NCBI GenBank assembly: GCA_947169055.1
Contig: CAMVOF010000001.1
Location: 1 to 58,397 of the forward strand
DNA from: an uncultured Clostridia bacterium
GTDB lineage: Bacteria > Bacillota > Clostridia > Oscillospirales > Ruminococcaceae
DNA: 58,397 bases
Direction: 5' to 3'
The notes below the pieces were generated by a model. That model did no database searches. It worked only from the letters and a program-made list of their open reading frames with translations, and had not been told where the DNA came from. The position numbers were made by a program, and so were the translations under genes. Below, in pieces: positions 16,772-25,678 of the stretch (positions are counted from its first letter, which is position 1; each line of letters begins with the position of its first letter).

Positions 16772-19381
16772 ATGAAAGCTATATGCAGACACTTAGCAGC
16801 GTTCGTGCTGTTTTTCCTGCTGATGATGAGCTCGGCCCTGGTGATCTCGGCAAGCGCTGCGTCAGTCAACAATCCGGCTCATACATTCGATCTGATCGAA
16901 ACGCTGAGACGCTTCAACTATCTTGAAAAGATCTCTTCGGGGTATATGAGAGTATGCTGCGACGGAAAGATTTATATCGAGTATTATGACAGCAGCTTCA
17001 ATCTTCTGAGCAAGAAGAGCTTAATACTTGAACTGCCCTACTGGGGTGGTTTCTACAGGTCGGGTGATACTTACTACGTTGTCGAGGGACAGGAAAACCA
17101 AGACAATGTTGACGGAACCGAAGTTGTAAGGATCATCAAGTACGACAAGAACTGGAATAAGCTGGGCCATGCAAGCATAGAAGCGATGGAAGGCTGGGAA
17201 TACGAGATAGGCTGTCCTTTCGCCGAAGGCTGCGTTGAATTTGCAGAGGCCGACGGCAAGCTTTATGTGGTAACAGGCCGTGAGGGCTATGTCGATCCAA
17301 GATACGGCATTGGCCATCAGGGAATGATGCTCATAGCCGTTGACGAAACGACGATGACCTCTGAGATCGTGTACGGCGATTTCGCACATTCCTTTGCACA
17401 GTACATACAAGCCGACGGGAACACGCTTTTTGTTTACGAGCAGAGCGAAAGCCGCCGCGCCACCACCCTGAGCACCTTTGACGCCGCAAGAAGATCGGGC
17501 ATCGATTATGCTGATCCGTTTTTTGAAGCCAAGACAGGCCTCGCCAAAGTACTGCCCTACGGTGGGACGCGGACCTCCGCCACGGCAATTGCCTGCTATG
17601 CGAGCGTTGACGGCATGGAGCTTTCCTCTAACAACGTCATCGGTCTCGGTACTTCGATCGACCAGTCGAAGTACGACGATGTAACAGACGACACTCCCCA
17701 CAATCTCTACCTGACGATAACGCCGAAGGATAACGTTTCCGCCGAAGCCACAAAGGTCAAGTGGCTGACTGATTTTACGGGCGGAGGCAAATGCTTCACC
17801 AATGCCAAGATCACCAAGATAAACGATGACCGCTTTCTGGTATCGTGGGCCGTTTTCGAGGAAGGTGACGATATCCAGAGCGAGCTGAACGACACCCTTT
17901 CGGGCAACAAGCTGCATTACATCCTTATCGACGGCGAAGGAAACACCGTATCTAAGGAATATACCGCAATGGCGACCGCTTCCAACTGCGACCCCATAGC
18001 TGTGGGGAATAAGGTGGTTTTTGAGGCCTCCTGTTTCAATATGGTGAATTTCTATACTATCGACACCGAAACGGGGAAGCTCACCAAAAAATGCTATCGC
18101 ATCGCGGGTGAGAACGCGACCTGGGAGATAACCGACGGAAAGCTCGTTATCTCGGGAACGGGTGCTTTCAAGACCTATAACGGAGGCTTTTGTATCCATG
18201 CGATCTCATCAACGAGCGGATGGTTCAGCTATGGTTCGGCAGACAACGATTGGGCACCGATCAGGGACAGGGTGAACTCGATACTGATAAAGAGCGGCAT
18301 AACCGAGATCGCTGAAGGGCAGCTCCGTTACTTCAAAGCAACGGACATAGTTATCGAGGAAGGCGTTACCAAGATAGGGAAAGAAGCCTTTGCATTCTCC
18401 GATGAGCTGCAGGACTTAACTATCCCTGCATCGGTCAAGACCATCGGCGATGACATTGTTTGGACAGGTTCATACTGGTTAGGGGACAATTCCCACGTTT
18501 ATCACGCCACCATCCACACCACCAAGGACAGCGCTGCCGCAAAATACGCCATAAAGAACGGCATCCGCTATGTTTACGATTTCTCAGCCTGCAAGGTGAC
18601 TATCCCATACAGTTCCTACACCTATCGCGGCAGAGGCATAAAGCCCACTGTGACCGTTACAGACCCCGCAGGCAACAAGCTCGTAAAGGGCATCGATTAT
18701 AAAGTTACATATTTAAACAACACCGTCCCGGGCACTGCAACGATCAAAGTCACGGGGCTGGGAGATTATGAAGGGACATTGAAGAAGACCTTTACCGTAA
18801 AGCCTCTCTCACTCTCATCGAGCTATGCAAATATCACTATCCCTTACACCGCATACACCTATACGGGCTCGGGGATCAAGCCTGCAGTCACTGTTAAATT
18901 CAAGGACGGCGACATTATCCCGAACAGCGATTACACAGTTTCCTATTCAAATAACGTTAAAGTCGGTGTGGCCACCGTTACCGTCACGGCAAAGGGCTCG
19001 AACACCACCGGCAGCTGGAAAAAGACCTTTATTGTCAAGCCGGCGAAGAACGAGATAACCGGCATCACCACCACTAAGGGTGCTTTCAAGATCACTTGGA
19101 AAAAGGCTACCGAAGGAGCCGTGGGCTATCAGGTGCTGTATTCTCAGGACAAGTCGGCTCTGGCATCGGCCACAGGCGAGGTGGTAAGCACAGACACCAA
19201 GAAATACGTCCACAGCTATACCTCCGCCGACCTCTCCGACCTCAGCGAGAATTTCTCCAAATACCCCAACAGCGGCGAAACCTGGTATGTGAAGATACGC
19301 TCTTTCTTCACCAAGGACGGCAAGACGACCTCAACGCGCTACGGCAACTACAGCGCTGTTAAGAGCATTAAGATCAAGTAA
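16772..19381 (+). CDS. Secreted/surface protein: unknown N-terminal domain, BspA-type LRR segment, two Ig-like repeats, C-terminal FN3-like domain
   Basis: Signal peptide; IEEGVTKIGKEAF/LTIPASVKTIG LRR_5-like repeats; YTY.G.GIKP.VTV...DY.V.Y.NN...G.AT repeats; ITWKK..GAVGYQVLYS...YVKIRSF. Confidence 0.8.
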   Translation: MKAICRHLAAFVLFFLLMMSSALVISASAASVNNPAHTFDLIETLRRFNYLEKISSGYMRVCCDGKIYIEYYDSSFNLLSKKSLILELPYWGGFYRSGDTYYVVEGQENQDNVDGTEVVRIIKYDKNWNKLGHASIEAMEGWEYEIGCPFAEGCVEFAEADGKLYVVTGREGYVDPRYGIGHQGMMLIAVDETTMTSEIVYGDFAHSFAQYIQADGNTLFVYEQSESRRATTLSTFDAARRSGIDYADPFFEAKTGLAKVLPYGGTRTSATAIACYASVDGMELSSNNVIGLGTSIDQSKYDDVTDDTPHNLYLTITPKDNVSAEATKVKWLTDFTGGGKCFTNAKITKINDDRFLVSWAVFEEGDDIQSELNDTLSGNKLHYILIDGEGNTVSKEYTAMATASNCDPIAVGNKVVFEASCFNMVNFYTIDTETGKLTKKCYRIAGENATWEITDGKLVISGTGAFKTYNGGFCIHAISSTSGWFSYGSADNDWAPIRDRVNSILIKSGITEIAEGQLRYFKATDIVIEEGVTKIGKEAFAFSDELQDLTIPASVKTIGDDIVWTGSYWLGDNSHVYHATIHTTKDSAAAKYAIKNGIRYVYDFSACKVTIPYSSYTYRGRGIKPTVTVTDPAGNKLVKGIDYKVTYLNNTVPGTATIKVTGLGDYEGTLKKTFTVKPLSLSSSYANITIPYTAYTYTGSGIKPAVTVKFKDGDIIPNSDYTVSYSNNVKVGVATVTVTAKGSNTTGSWKKTFIVKPAKNEITGITTTKGAFKITWKKATEGAVGYQVLYSQDKSALASATGEVVSTDTKKYVHSYTSADLSDLSENFSKYPNSGETWYVKIRSFFTKDGKTTSTRYGNYSAVKSIKIK

Positions 19382-19393
19382 AAATTACTCCCT

Positions 19394-19424
19394 GCGGAGC
19401 GGCTTAAAAGCTGCTCCGCTTTTT
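19394..19424 (+). terminator. Intrinsic terminator
   Basis: GCGGAGCGGC-TTAAAA-GCTGCTCCGC-TTTTT. Confidence 0.8.
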
Positions 19425-19785
19425 GCTAATTTTTCTTTGCTGGGAATGTATAAAGTATATTTTGGATATAAAAAACCCGCATCGGGAGGGTGCGAAGATA
19501 TATGTTTAGGGTTGTTGAATTTTGGCTGTTGATGATGATATCAAATGATATTCCAACGCCATAGCAAATTGTATAAAGAGCCAGCAATCCATTGTGCAAC
19601 TTGCTGAATTGAATATCTAAAAGGCTGAAAAAAATTGACTTAAGATAAGAATTATCCATATTGTGATTGGAATTCATGCACTACTGTTCATAAGCTGATT
19701 AAAGCATTAAAGATTGAGCCTGATCAGAAGGAGTACTGAGAATTGTCATAATAAGTAAAGCATTGATGTTTGTATCTTGTTGTAT

Positions 19786-19826
19786 AAAAAAACGACCGTG
19801 ACCGGAATACGATCCCAGTCACGGCC
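19786..19826 (-). terminator. Terminator of the AAA ATPase gene
   Basis: CCGTGAC...GTCACGG stem; adjacent A tract on the plus strand gives a U tract on the minus strand. Confidence 0.65.
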
Positions 19827-19842
19827 TTTCTTATGATATTAT

Positions 19843-21051
19843 TTAATCATTCATCCGCATCAGCCACTCTAAAGCATTGATCCTTCTGATGCCGTTATAA
19901 TCGGCTTCGGGATCGTCGTCAAGTGTGAGGAGCAGCTTCTGATAGTGGTCGTTTATCTTCTGCAGCGGGGCAAGCTCCCGTTCGAGGGTTTTCCCGTCAC
20001 GGACGGAAGCGGCGACTTGGTAATAGACCGTCCTTTTGTTATCCACAGCGACAAAATCCACTTCAAGATCATCCACCTTGCCGACATAGACCTCACACCC
20101 ACGGCGCAGGAGTTCAAGATAGATCACATTTTCAAGGATATGCCCGACATCCGTTGAGCGAGTCCCGAGCAAGGCGTATCTCAGGCCGATGTCAACGGCA
20201 TAGTATTTTTCAAGTGTCTTGAGATGCTGTTTTCCCTTGATGTTATAGCGGCTGGCTTTGTATGCCGCAAAGCATTCCAAAAGCGCATCAAGGAACTTTT
20301 TAACGGTCTTGACGTCTATCTTCCTGCCTTCGGAGGTCATGGTATCGGCGATCTTCTTGGTTGAAAGCTGGCTGCCGATGTTGTCGTACACGAAGCGGAT
20401 AACGCTTTCAAGCATCATCGTATCGGTGATTTTTCGCCTTGAAGATATGTCTTTTATGACGATCGTGCTGTAAAGGCTTTCAAGGTAATCTCTGATCTCC
20501 TTGGGCTGACCTTTGAGATTCAGCACATAAGGGAATGAGCTTGTTTCGATATACTCTCTGTATTTTCTGGAAAGGTCATCGGTGCTGCCGGTGCTTGAAA
20601 CGTACTCCTTGAACGAAAGCGGGAGCATTGAGATCTCCACATATCTTCCCGAAAGCAGAGTTGCGATCTCGCTTGAAAACAGCGAGGCGTTCGAGCCTGT
20701 AAGATAGATGTCCACATCGGGCTTGATAAATAAGCTGTCGATGACTTCGGGGAAATCCCCGCACTGCTGGACTTCGTCGATAAAGATGTAGGTCATCCCA
20801 CCCTTGACAAGCCGCTCTTTCAGATATTTGTGGAGAGCATCGGGCTGACGCAGCTCCTTGAAATCGTAGTCCTCAAGGTTGACGGCGACGATCTGATCTT
20901 CCTTGATGCCATTCTGCCGCAGGTGATCCTGAAACAGCTCCATCAGCGTTGATTTTCCGCACCGCCTTACTCCGGTAATGATCTTTATTATCTGCTTATC
21001 CTTGAACGCTATAAGCTTGTTAAGGTATTCTTCGCGGGCTATCCGTTCCAT
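19843..21051 (-). CDS. AAA_14 ATPase with DUF4143-type C-terminal domain (COG1373-like)
   Basis: GVRRCGKS, IFIDEVQ, LTGSN, LSGR, LENVIYLEL, EVDFVA, YQV; start MERIAR at 21051 with AGGAG RBS. Confidence 0.9.
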   Translation of the reverse strand: MERIAREEYLNKLIAFKDKQIIKIITGVRRCGKSTLMELFQDHLRQNGIKEDQIVAVNLEDYDFKELRQPDALHKYLKERLVKGGMTYIFIDEVQQCGDFPEVIDSLFIKPDVDIYLTGSNASLFSSEIATLLSGRYVEISMLPLSFKEYVSSTGSTDDLSRKYREYIETSSFPYVLNLKGQPKEIRDYLESLYSTIVIKDISSRRKITDTMMLESVIRFVYDNIGSQLSTKKIADTMTSEGRKIDVKTVKKFLDALLECFAAYKASRYNIKGKQHLKTLEKYYAVDIGLRYALLGTRSTDVGHILENVIYLELLRRGCEVYVGKVDDLEVDFVAVDNKRTVYYQVAASVRDGKTLERELAPLQKINDHYQKLLLTLDDDPEADYNGIRRINALEWLMRMND

Positions 21052-21351
21052 AGTGATGCTCCTTTCTGAATTTAACTCTATGTATATTCTATCCCAAAAT
21101 TCAGAAATAGTCAATAGTTTTTGGAATAATATCCAAAAATTATTGCGGCCTAACTGCCCACATAACCCTTTACAAAAGCACAAATTACACATCACGATTT
21201 GTAACGATTCGTTAGCGAAAAACATTTGAAACGATTTCTGCTTACAAAACCCAATGCCGGTTATGAATTATGTATCCCCCAGCCTTTTCCCAAGCCCGAT
21301 GAACGCAGAAACGAACTCCAGCTCGGTATCCTGTGTCAACACTGTCAGCGG

Positions 21352-21805
21352 CGGGTCGCCTCTTGAGATATACACCGGCAGTGACGGCGAGGTCATATTC
21401 AAGAAATACTCGCCGGTGGGGGAGCTGGATTCCGGGACTGCGCAGGCGGCGGAGGTCATCTCGAAGCTGACGGGCGAGGCGGCTGTGGTCTTCGATCGCG
21501 ACAGGGTCGTGGCGGTGTCGGGAGTGAGGAAGAACGAGTATGCCGAGCGCAGGATTTCGGACGCGCTGGAGGAGCTGATCGAGAACCGCAAGACCTATGC
21601 CTACGACCGTCCGGGAACGCCCAAGCTCTTCCCCATAGAGGGCATGGACAAGCCTGCACTTGCGGCTGTGCCCATAATCTCGGCAGGGGATGTGATCGGT
21701 GCGGTCACGCTGATAAGCACCGGCGGAGACGTCAAGCCTGACGAGAAAAACCTCATGCTGGCAAAGGCGGCAGCGATGTTCCTCAGCAAGCAGATCGAGG
21801 CATAG
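21352..21805 (+). pseudogene. spoVT: spoVT lacking most of its N-terminal AbrB DNA-binding domain
   Basis: G.PLEIYT..DGEVIFKKYSP.GEL, DRDRVVAVSG, PIISAGDVIGAV, AAMFLSKQIE are SpoVT-like; the MKATGIVRRIDDLGR start is absent; left boundary approximate. Confidence 0.8.
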
Positions 21806-21819
21806 GATAGCAAAAAATT

Positions 21820-21848
21820 TTGACAAACCCCTGCTTTTATGGCATAAT
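21820..21848 (+). promoter_or_regulatory. Sigma-A promoter upstream of the mini-ORF
   Basis: TTGACA-17 bp-CATAAT with TG. Confidence 0.6.
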
Positions 21849-21901
21849 TATGTTGTATAAATATATTCACAAAAGATTCATCTGAAAGGGTTGACGGAGT
21901 T

Positions 21902-21991
21902 ATGACAATGCGTTATATTTCAAAGGACGGCAAAACTACCTCTACCCGCTACGGCAACTACAGCGCTGTAAAAAGTATAAAGATCAAGTAA
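21902..21991 (+). pseudogene. 29-aa in-frame deletion remnant of a paralog of 16772..19381 (MTMRYISKDGKTTSTRYGNYSAVKSIKIK)
   Basis: GGAG RBS; last 22 aa identical to the C-terminus of 16772..19381 with only synonymous DNA differences; similar terminator follows. Confidence 0.8.
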
Positions 21992-22003
21992 ACACAGATC
22001 CCT

Positions 22004-22034
22004 GCGGAGCGGTTTAACAGCTGCTCCGTTTTTT
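22004..22034 (+). terminator. Intrinsic terminator, paralogous to 19394..19424
   Basis: GCGGAGCGG-TTTAACAG-CTGCTCCGT-TTTT. Confidence 0.75.
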
Positions 22035-22057
22035 CTGTCTGAACCTTCCCTCATCCG

Positions 22058-22087
22058 CTTGAAAAAATCCCTGATCTGTGGTATAAT
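22058..22087 (+). promoter_or_regulatory. Promoter of the nuclease-WYL operon
   Basis: TTGAAA followed by TG-G-TATAAT at near-canonical spacing. Confidence 0.6.
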
Positions 22088-22139
22088 CTGATAAAGCAGC
22101 AGGCTTTGCGACACCGAAAAATTAACAGGAGGCGCTCCT

Positions 22140-23633
22140 ATGTCAAGCATCACAGACCTCAGCAAATCGAAATACTGCAAGGGCATCCAGTGCCCGAAGA
22201 TTCTCTGGCTGGATCATTACAAGCCCGAGGAGGCCGAGGACATCCTCTCGGAGACCGTAATGGAGAACGGCAACCTTGTGGGCGACCTGGCAAGGAGCTA
22301 TTTCGGAGAATATTCCCTTGTGGATTTCTCCTATATAAAGTCCGAGATGACGGAAAAGACTGCCGAGCTTATCGCTTCCGGCGCCGAGAACATCGCCGAA
22401 GCCGCATTCCTCTGTGACGGCCTCTACTGTGCCGTGGATATCCTGCATAAAAACGGCGGCGGCTGGGATATCGTGGAGGTAAAGAGCTCTACGCATCTGA
22501 CGGATATCTACGTCGAGGATATGGCTTTTCAGTATCACGTCCTGACAAGCTGCGGCGTGAATGTTGAGCGTGTTTTCAATATGCATTTGAATTCTTCGTA
22601 TGTGCGTCACGGCGAGCTTGATCTCAAAGGCCTCTTTACCCTCGAGGACTGCACCGATAAGATACTGGCTAAGCAGCCGGAGGTAGTGAGCAATATCGCG
22701 GCTGTCCGCAGCTATGTGAACGCTGCCGACGAGCCGGAGAGAGATATCGACACCTACTGCGAAAAGCCCTACGAGTGCCCGTATAAAAAGTACTGCGGCA
22801 GGCATCTGCCGGAGCATAACGTTTTCGACCTTGCCGGTATGCAGGCGCGGACGGCCTACAAGCACTATCACAACGGCATCATCTCCTATGAGGATATCCT
22901 TGCCAACGCCAAGGCGGTAAAGCTGAACGCCAAGCACCGGCGGCAGATAGAGTTCACCCTGAACGATCTGCCTGATGAGGTCAATAAAGAAAAGGTCAGG
23001 GCATTCCTTGACACCTTGACATATCCCGTATATCACCTGGATTTTGAGACCTACCAGCAGCCCATACCCCAGTTCGACGGCATCAGCCCCTACCAGCAGA
23101 TACCTTTCCAGTACTCCCTGCATATCGAGGAGGAGGACGGCAGCCTCAAGCACAAAGAATTCCTCGCCAAAGAGGGAACAGACCCGAGACGTGCTCTTGC
23201 TGAGCAGCTTGTCCGGGATATACCGAAAGGCGTATGTTCGCTGGCTTTCAATATGAGCTTTGAAAAGACTGTCATCAAGCGCCTCGCCGAGACTTTCCCC
23301 GACCTTGCCGACAGCCTCACGGACATACACGACAATATGCACGACCTGATGATACCTTTCAAGGATCAGGATTATTACAGCGCAGCCATGCAGGGCTCCT
23401 ATTCCATCAAGTATGTCCTGCCGGCACTTTACCCCGACGATCCCGAGCTTGACTACCACAATCTCGACGGCGTCCACAACGGCAGCGAGGCATCCGCAGC
23501 CTTCGCCGATATGCCGAACCACACCCCCGAAGAGATCGCAGAGATGCGGGCCAACCTTCTCAGATACTGCGGGTTGGATACATACGCTATGGTAAAGGTG
23601 CTGCGGAAACTGAAAGAAGCTGTGAAGGACTAA
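22140..23633 (+). CDS. DUF2779-type dual nuclease: Cas4/AddB-like PD-(D/E)XK domain plus DEDDy/RNase H-like exonuclease domain
   Basis: LSKS...QCPKILWL; VDIL..IVEVKSS; D.AFQY; C..PYECPYKKYC; then LDFET, AFNMSFE, HDLM, SYSIKYVLP, YCGLDT. Confidence 0.85.
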   Translation: MSSITDLSKSKYCKGIQCPKILWLDHYKPEEAEDILSETVMENGNLVGDLARSYFGEYSLVDFSYIKSEMTEKTAELIASGAENIAEAAFLCDGLYCAVDILHKNGGGWDIVEVKSSTHLTDIYVEDMAFQYHVLTSCGVNVERVFNMHLNSSYVRHGELDLKGLFTLEDCTDKILAKQPEVVSNIAAVRSYVNAADEPERDIDTYCEKPYECPYKKYCGRHLPEHNVFDLAGMQARTAYKHYHNGIISYEDILANAKAVKLNAKHRRQIEFTLNDLPDEVNKEKVRAFLDTLTYPVYHLDFETYQQPIPQFDGISPYQQIPFQYSLHIEEEDGSLKHKEFLAKEGTDPRRALAEQLVRDIPKGVCSLAFNMSFEKTVIKRLAETFPDLADSLTDIHDNMHDLMIPFKDQDYYSAAMQGSYSIKYVLPALYPDDPELDYHNLDGVHNGSEASAAFADMPNHTPEEIAEMRANLLRYCGLDTYAMVKVLRKLKEAVKD

Positions 23634-23644
23634 AGGAGGCTGAA

Positions 23645-24619
23645 ATGGAACACGAACGCATAATCCACATACTCGAATACCTCACCCGTGCCTCAGACGA
23701 AAAGAAAGGGGTGAGTATCGGCGACATTCGGGCTTATCTTGCCAAAAGTACGAATATGCGGAATGTTTCCGTGCTGACTGTCCGCCGGGATATCGAGCGG
23801 CTCACGTCTATGGGCTGCGACATCCAGGTCACACACGGCGCCCACAACACGGCCTATTATCACCTCTCGGGCAAGGGCTTCACCTTCAACGAGATCCGCT
23901 TCATCGTGGACTCTGTTTCTATCAACAAGTTCCTCTCGGCAAAGCAGAAGCAGGAGCTTATAAAGAAGTTCGAGGGTATGTGCTCGGAGTCGGAGATAAG
24001 GCAGCTCATCAGCCGTATCGAGCTCAGCGAGATAGGGCGCACACCCCGTGATCTTCTCGGGAACCTCGATACGATACACCGCCTGATCTCGGAGAAGCGA
24101 AAGATCAATTTCAGCTACGGCAAATACGACACAAACAAGCAGATGATCTATTACGAGAAACGCCGGGATATGCTGCCGGTGAAGGTCGTGTATCAGAACG
24201 AGAGATTTTACCTGCGGTGCTTCAACGAAGAAACAGGGCAGTTCCGCACCTACCGCATCGACCGTATGAAAAACATCAAATGCGGAGAGATAAGCAAGGT
24301 CAAGCCGCCGAAGATCGAAAAATATCAGGGCTTTGTGGTGGATGTTTTTCCGCCGAAGCGCTTCGAGACAGTCACGTTCAAGATCAAAAACTATCTGTTG
24401 GACGAGATGATCGAGCAGCTGGGCGATACCGTCAGCTCCAGAGAGGATTTCGATGATCCCGAGTATAAGATCGTCCGTGCCAGCTGCGGCATCAATACAC
24501 AGTTCTATCTGTGGGTCATGCGCTACGGCGACGCTGTGGAGATCACGGCGCCGAAGGATATCAGACAGGAGTTTGCACAGGAGCTGAAAAAAGTTTCCGA
24601 CAAGTATTCAGATATATAG
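23645..24619 (+). CDS. WYL-domain transcriptional regulator (wHTH-WYL-WCX, PafC-like)
   Basis: N-terminal wHTH (TVRRDIERL), FTFNEIRFIVDSV, RFYL, RTYRIDRM, WVMRYGDAVEITAP; 11 bp after the nuclease with GGAGG RBS. Confidence 0.92.
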   Translation: MEHERIIHILEYLTRASDEKKGVSIGDIRAYLAKSTNMRNVSVLTVRRDIERLTSMGCDIQVTHGAHNTAYYHLSGKGFTFNEIRFIVDSVSINKFLSAKQKQELIKKFEGMCSESEIRQLISRIELSEIGRTPRDLLGNLDTIHRLISEKRKINFSYGKYDTNKQMIYYEKRRDMLPVKVVYQNERFYLRCFNEETGQFRTYRIDRMKNIKCGEISKVKPPKIEKYQGFVVDVFPPKRFETVTFKIKNYLLDEMIEQLGDTVSSREDFDDPEYKIVRASCGINTQFYLWVMRYGDAVEITAPKDIRQEFAQELKKVSDKYSDI

Positions 24620-24645
24620 CTTCTGAACATCTGATGTGTTATCAT
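24608..24645 (+). promoter_or_regulatory. Operator/promoter copy 1
   Basis: TCAGATAT-ATAGCTTCTGA-ACATCTGA then TG-T-TATCAT extended -10. Confidence 0.7.
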
Positions 24646-24669
24646 ATACACATCAAGGGAGGTGCTGCT

Positions 24670-24774
24670 ATGGGAGAAATACTTGCACTGATCGGCTTGT
24701 TCGTTGTGATCTATCTGTTCTGCGAAACAGCCTGGAGCGCTATCTTAGAGCTGCTCTTCGGAAAGAAGAAATGA
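24670..24774 (+). CDS. 34-aa hydrophobic peptide MGEILALIGLFVVIYLFCETAWSAILELLFGKKK
   Basis: GGGAGG RBS at 24657-24662, own promoter, single TM-like helix with KKK tail, hairpin terminator downstream. Confidence 0.7.
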   Translation: MGEILALIGLFVVIYLFCETAWSAILELLFGKKK

Positions 24775-24825
24775 ATCGTAACCATGATCGTTTGTCATAA
24801 AAATACTCCTAAAAATGTTTGTTTG

Positions 24826-24857
24826 GCCGGGCAGAAAAACTGTCCGGCACCTTTTTT
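24826..24857 (+). terminator. Terminator after the small peptide gene
   Basis: GCCGGGCAG-AAAAA-CTGTCCGGC followed by ACCTTTTTT. Confidence 0.65.
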
Positions 24858-24866
24858 GCTTTCTTT

Positions 24867-24904
24867 TCAGTTGTATAGCTTCTGAACAACTGATATGGTA
24901 TGAT
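24867..24904 (+). promoter_or_regulatory. Operator/promoter copy 2
   Basis: TCAGTTGT-ATAGCTTCTGA-ACAACTGA then TG-G-TATGAT; same geometry as copy 1, offset 259 bp. Confidence 0.75.
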
Positions 24905-24952
24905 AAAGACATAGAAAAGAACAGACCCGAGACTTTGCAAGGAGGTAATATT

Positions 24953-25645
24953 ATGAATAACAAGCTCGGTATCAGAGACATTTACAACGTTGAAAAGTAC
25001 GATGCTTCTATCCTTGATAAGGTGGTCGCGGTAACGCAGAATATCATGAACGGAAAAATCTCCGACAGCGAGTTCACGAGAGAGGAGTCTTTCTGCATGG
25101 TGATGCTCTGCTATGCGCACGATATCTATGCCGAAGGCAAGCGCTTCAATGAGGAGCTGTCCTTCGATGCATCGGACGATGAAAACGATGCCTTCGGCAG
25201 CGCTCTTATGGGAGCGATCATCTCGGCGCAGAAGGATGAGACAATGACTCGGGAGGAGTGCGAAGATGCGCTTTTCAAGAAAGTCGCTTCCTACGTTTAC
25301 ATCAGAGCCTATAACCGTTTCAGGGCTGAGGGCACTTTGATGAGCGTGTATATCGACTCCAACAGCCGTATCCTCAATGTGCTTGACAGGGAGACAGGGA
25401 CAGTCTGCTCGATAGACGCATTCAATCTTGCAAATGAAGTCCTCGGCGCTGCCCTTTACCCGGAGGATCAGGATCCCGTCGATGATGGACCCGTTATGCT
25501 GGACAGCCTTCCCGGCGAAGATGAAGACTTCTCGCTTTTGATCGGAGTGATGAACATTGACCAACTGCTCACAGTAGTCTTGAAGGAACACGCTCCGGAA
25601 GTGCAGGGCTGCCGCGAGATCAGGTACAGCGAATTCGCATCGTAA
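24953..25645 (+). CDS. Acidic hypothetical protein (230 aa)
   Basis: AAGGAGG RBS before ATG at 24953 (MNNKLGIRD); no recognisable motif. Confidence 0.75.
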   Translation: MNNKLGIRDIYNVEKYDASILDKVVAVTQNIMNGKISDSEFTREESFCMVMLCYAHDIYAEGKRFNEELSFDASDDENDAFGSALMGAIISAQKDETMTREECEDALFKKVASYVYIRAYNRFRAEGTLMSVYIDSNSRILNVLDRETGTVCSIDAFNLANEVLGAALYPEDQDPVDDGPVMLDSLPGEDEDFSLLIGVMNIDQLLTVVLKEHAPEVQGCREIRYSEFAS

Positions 25646-25678
25646 AACGGCCGCAAAATAATATAAGGAGGTGAGACC

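Noticed and set aside
17021-18199. Long antisense ORFs (also 22143..23522, 35048..36211, 45540..46805, 27580..28422, 39267..40214)
   Set aside because: They shadow well-supported genes on the opposite strand, lack motifs and RBSs, and are expected from codon bias
19430-19780. Possible gene in the AT-rich spacer (ORF 19426..19677; HTH-like tail TTVHKLIKALKIEPD on the plus strand)
   Set aside because: Multiple stops and no credible start; at most a heavily decayed remnant
22140-24904. CRISPR-Cas locus (Cas4-like protein, WYL, repeats)
   Set aside because: No cas1/cas2 or effector gene and no repeat-spacer array seen; the repeat has two copies 259 bp apart in promoter positions
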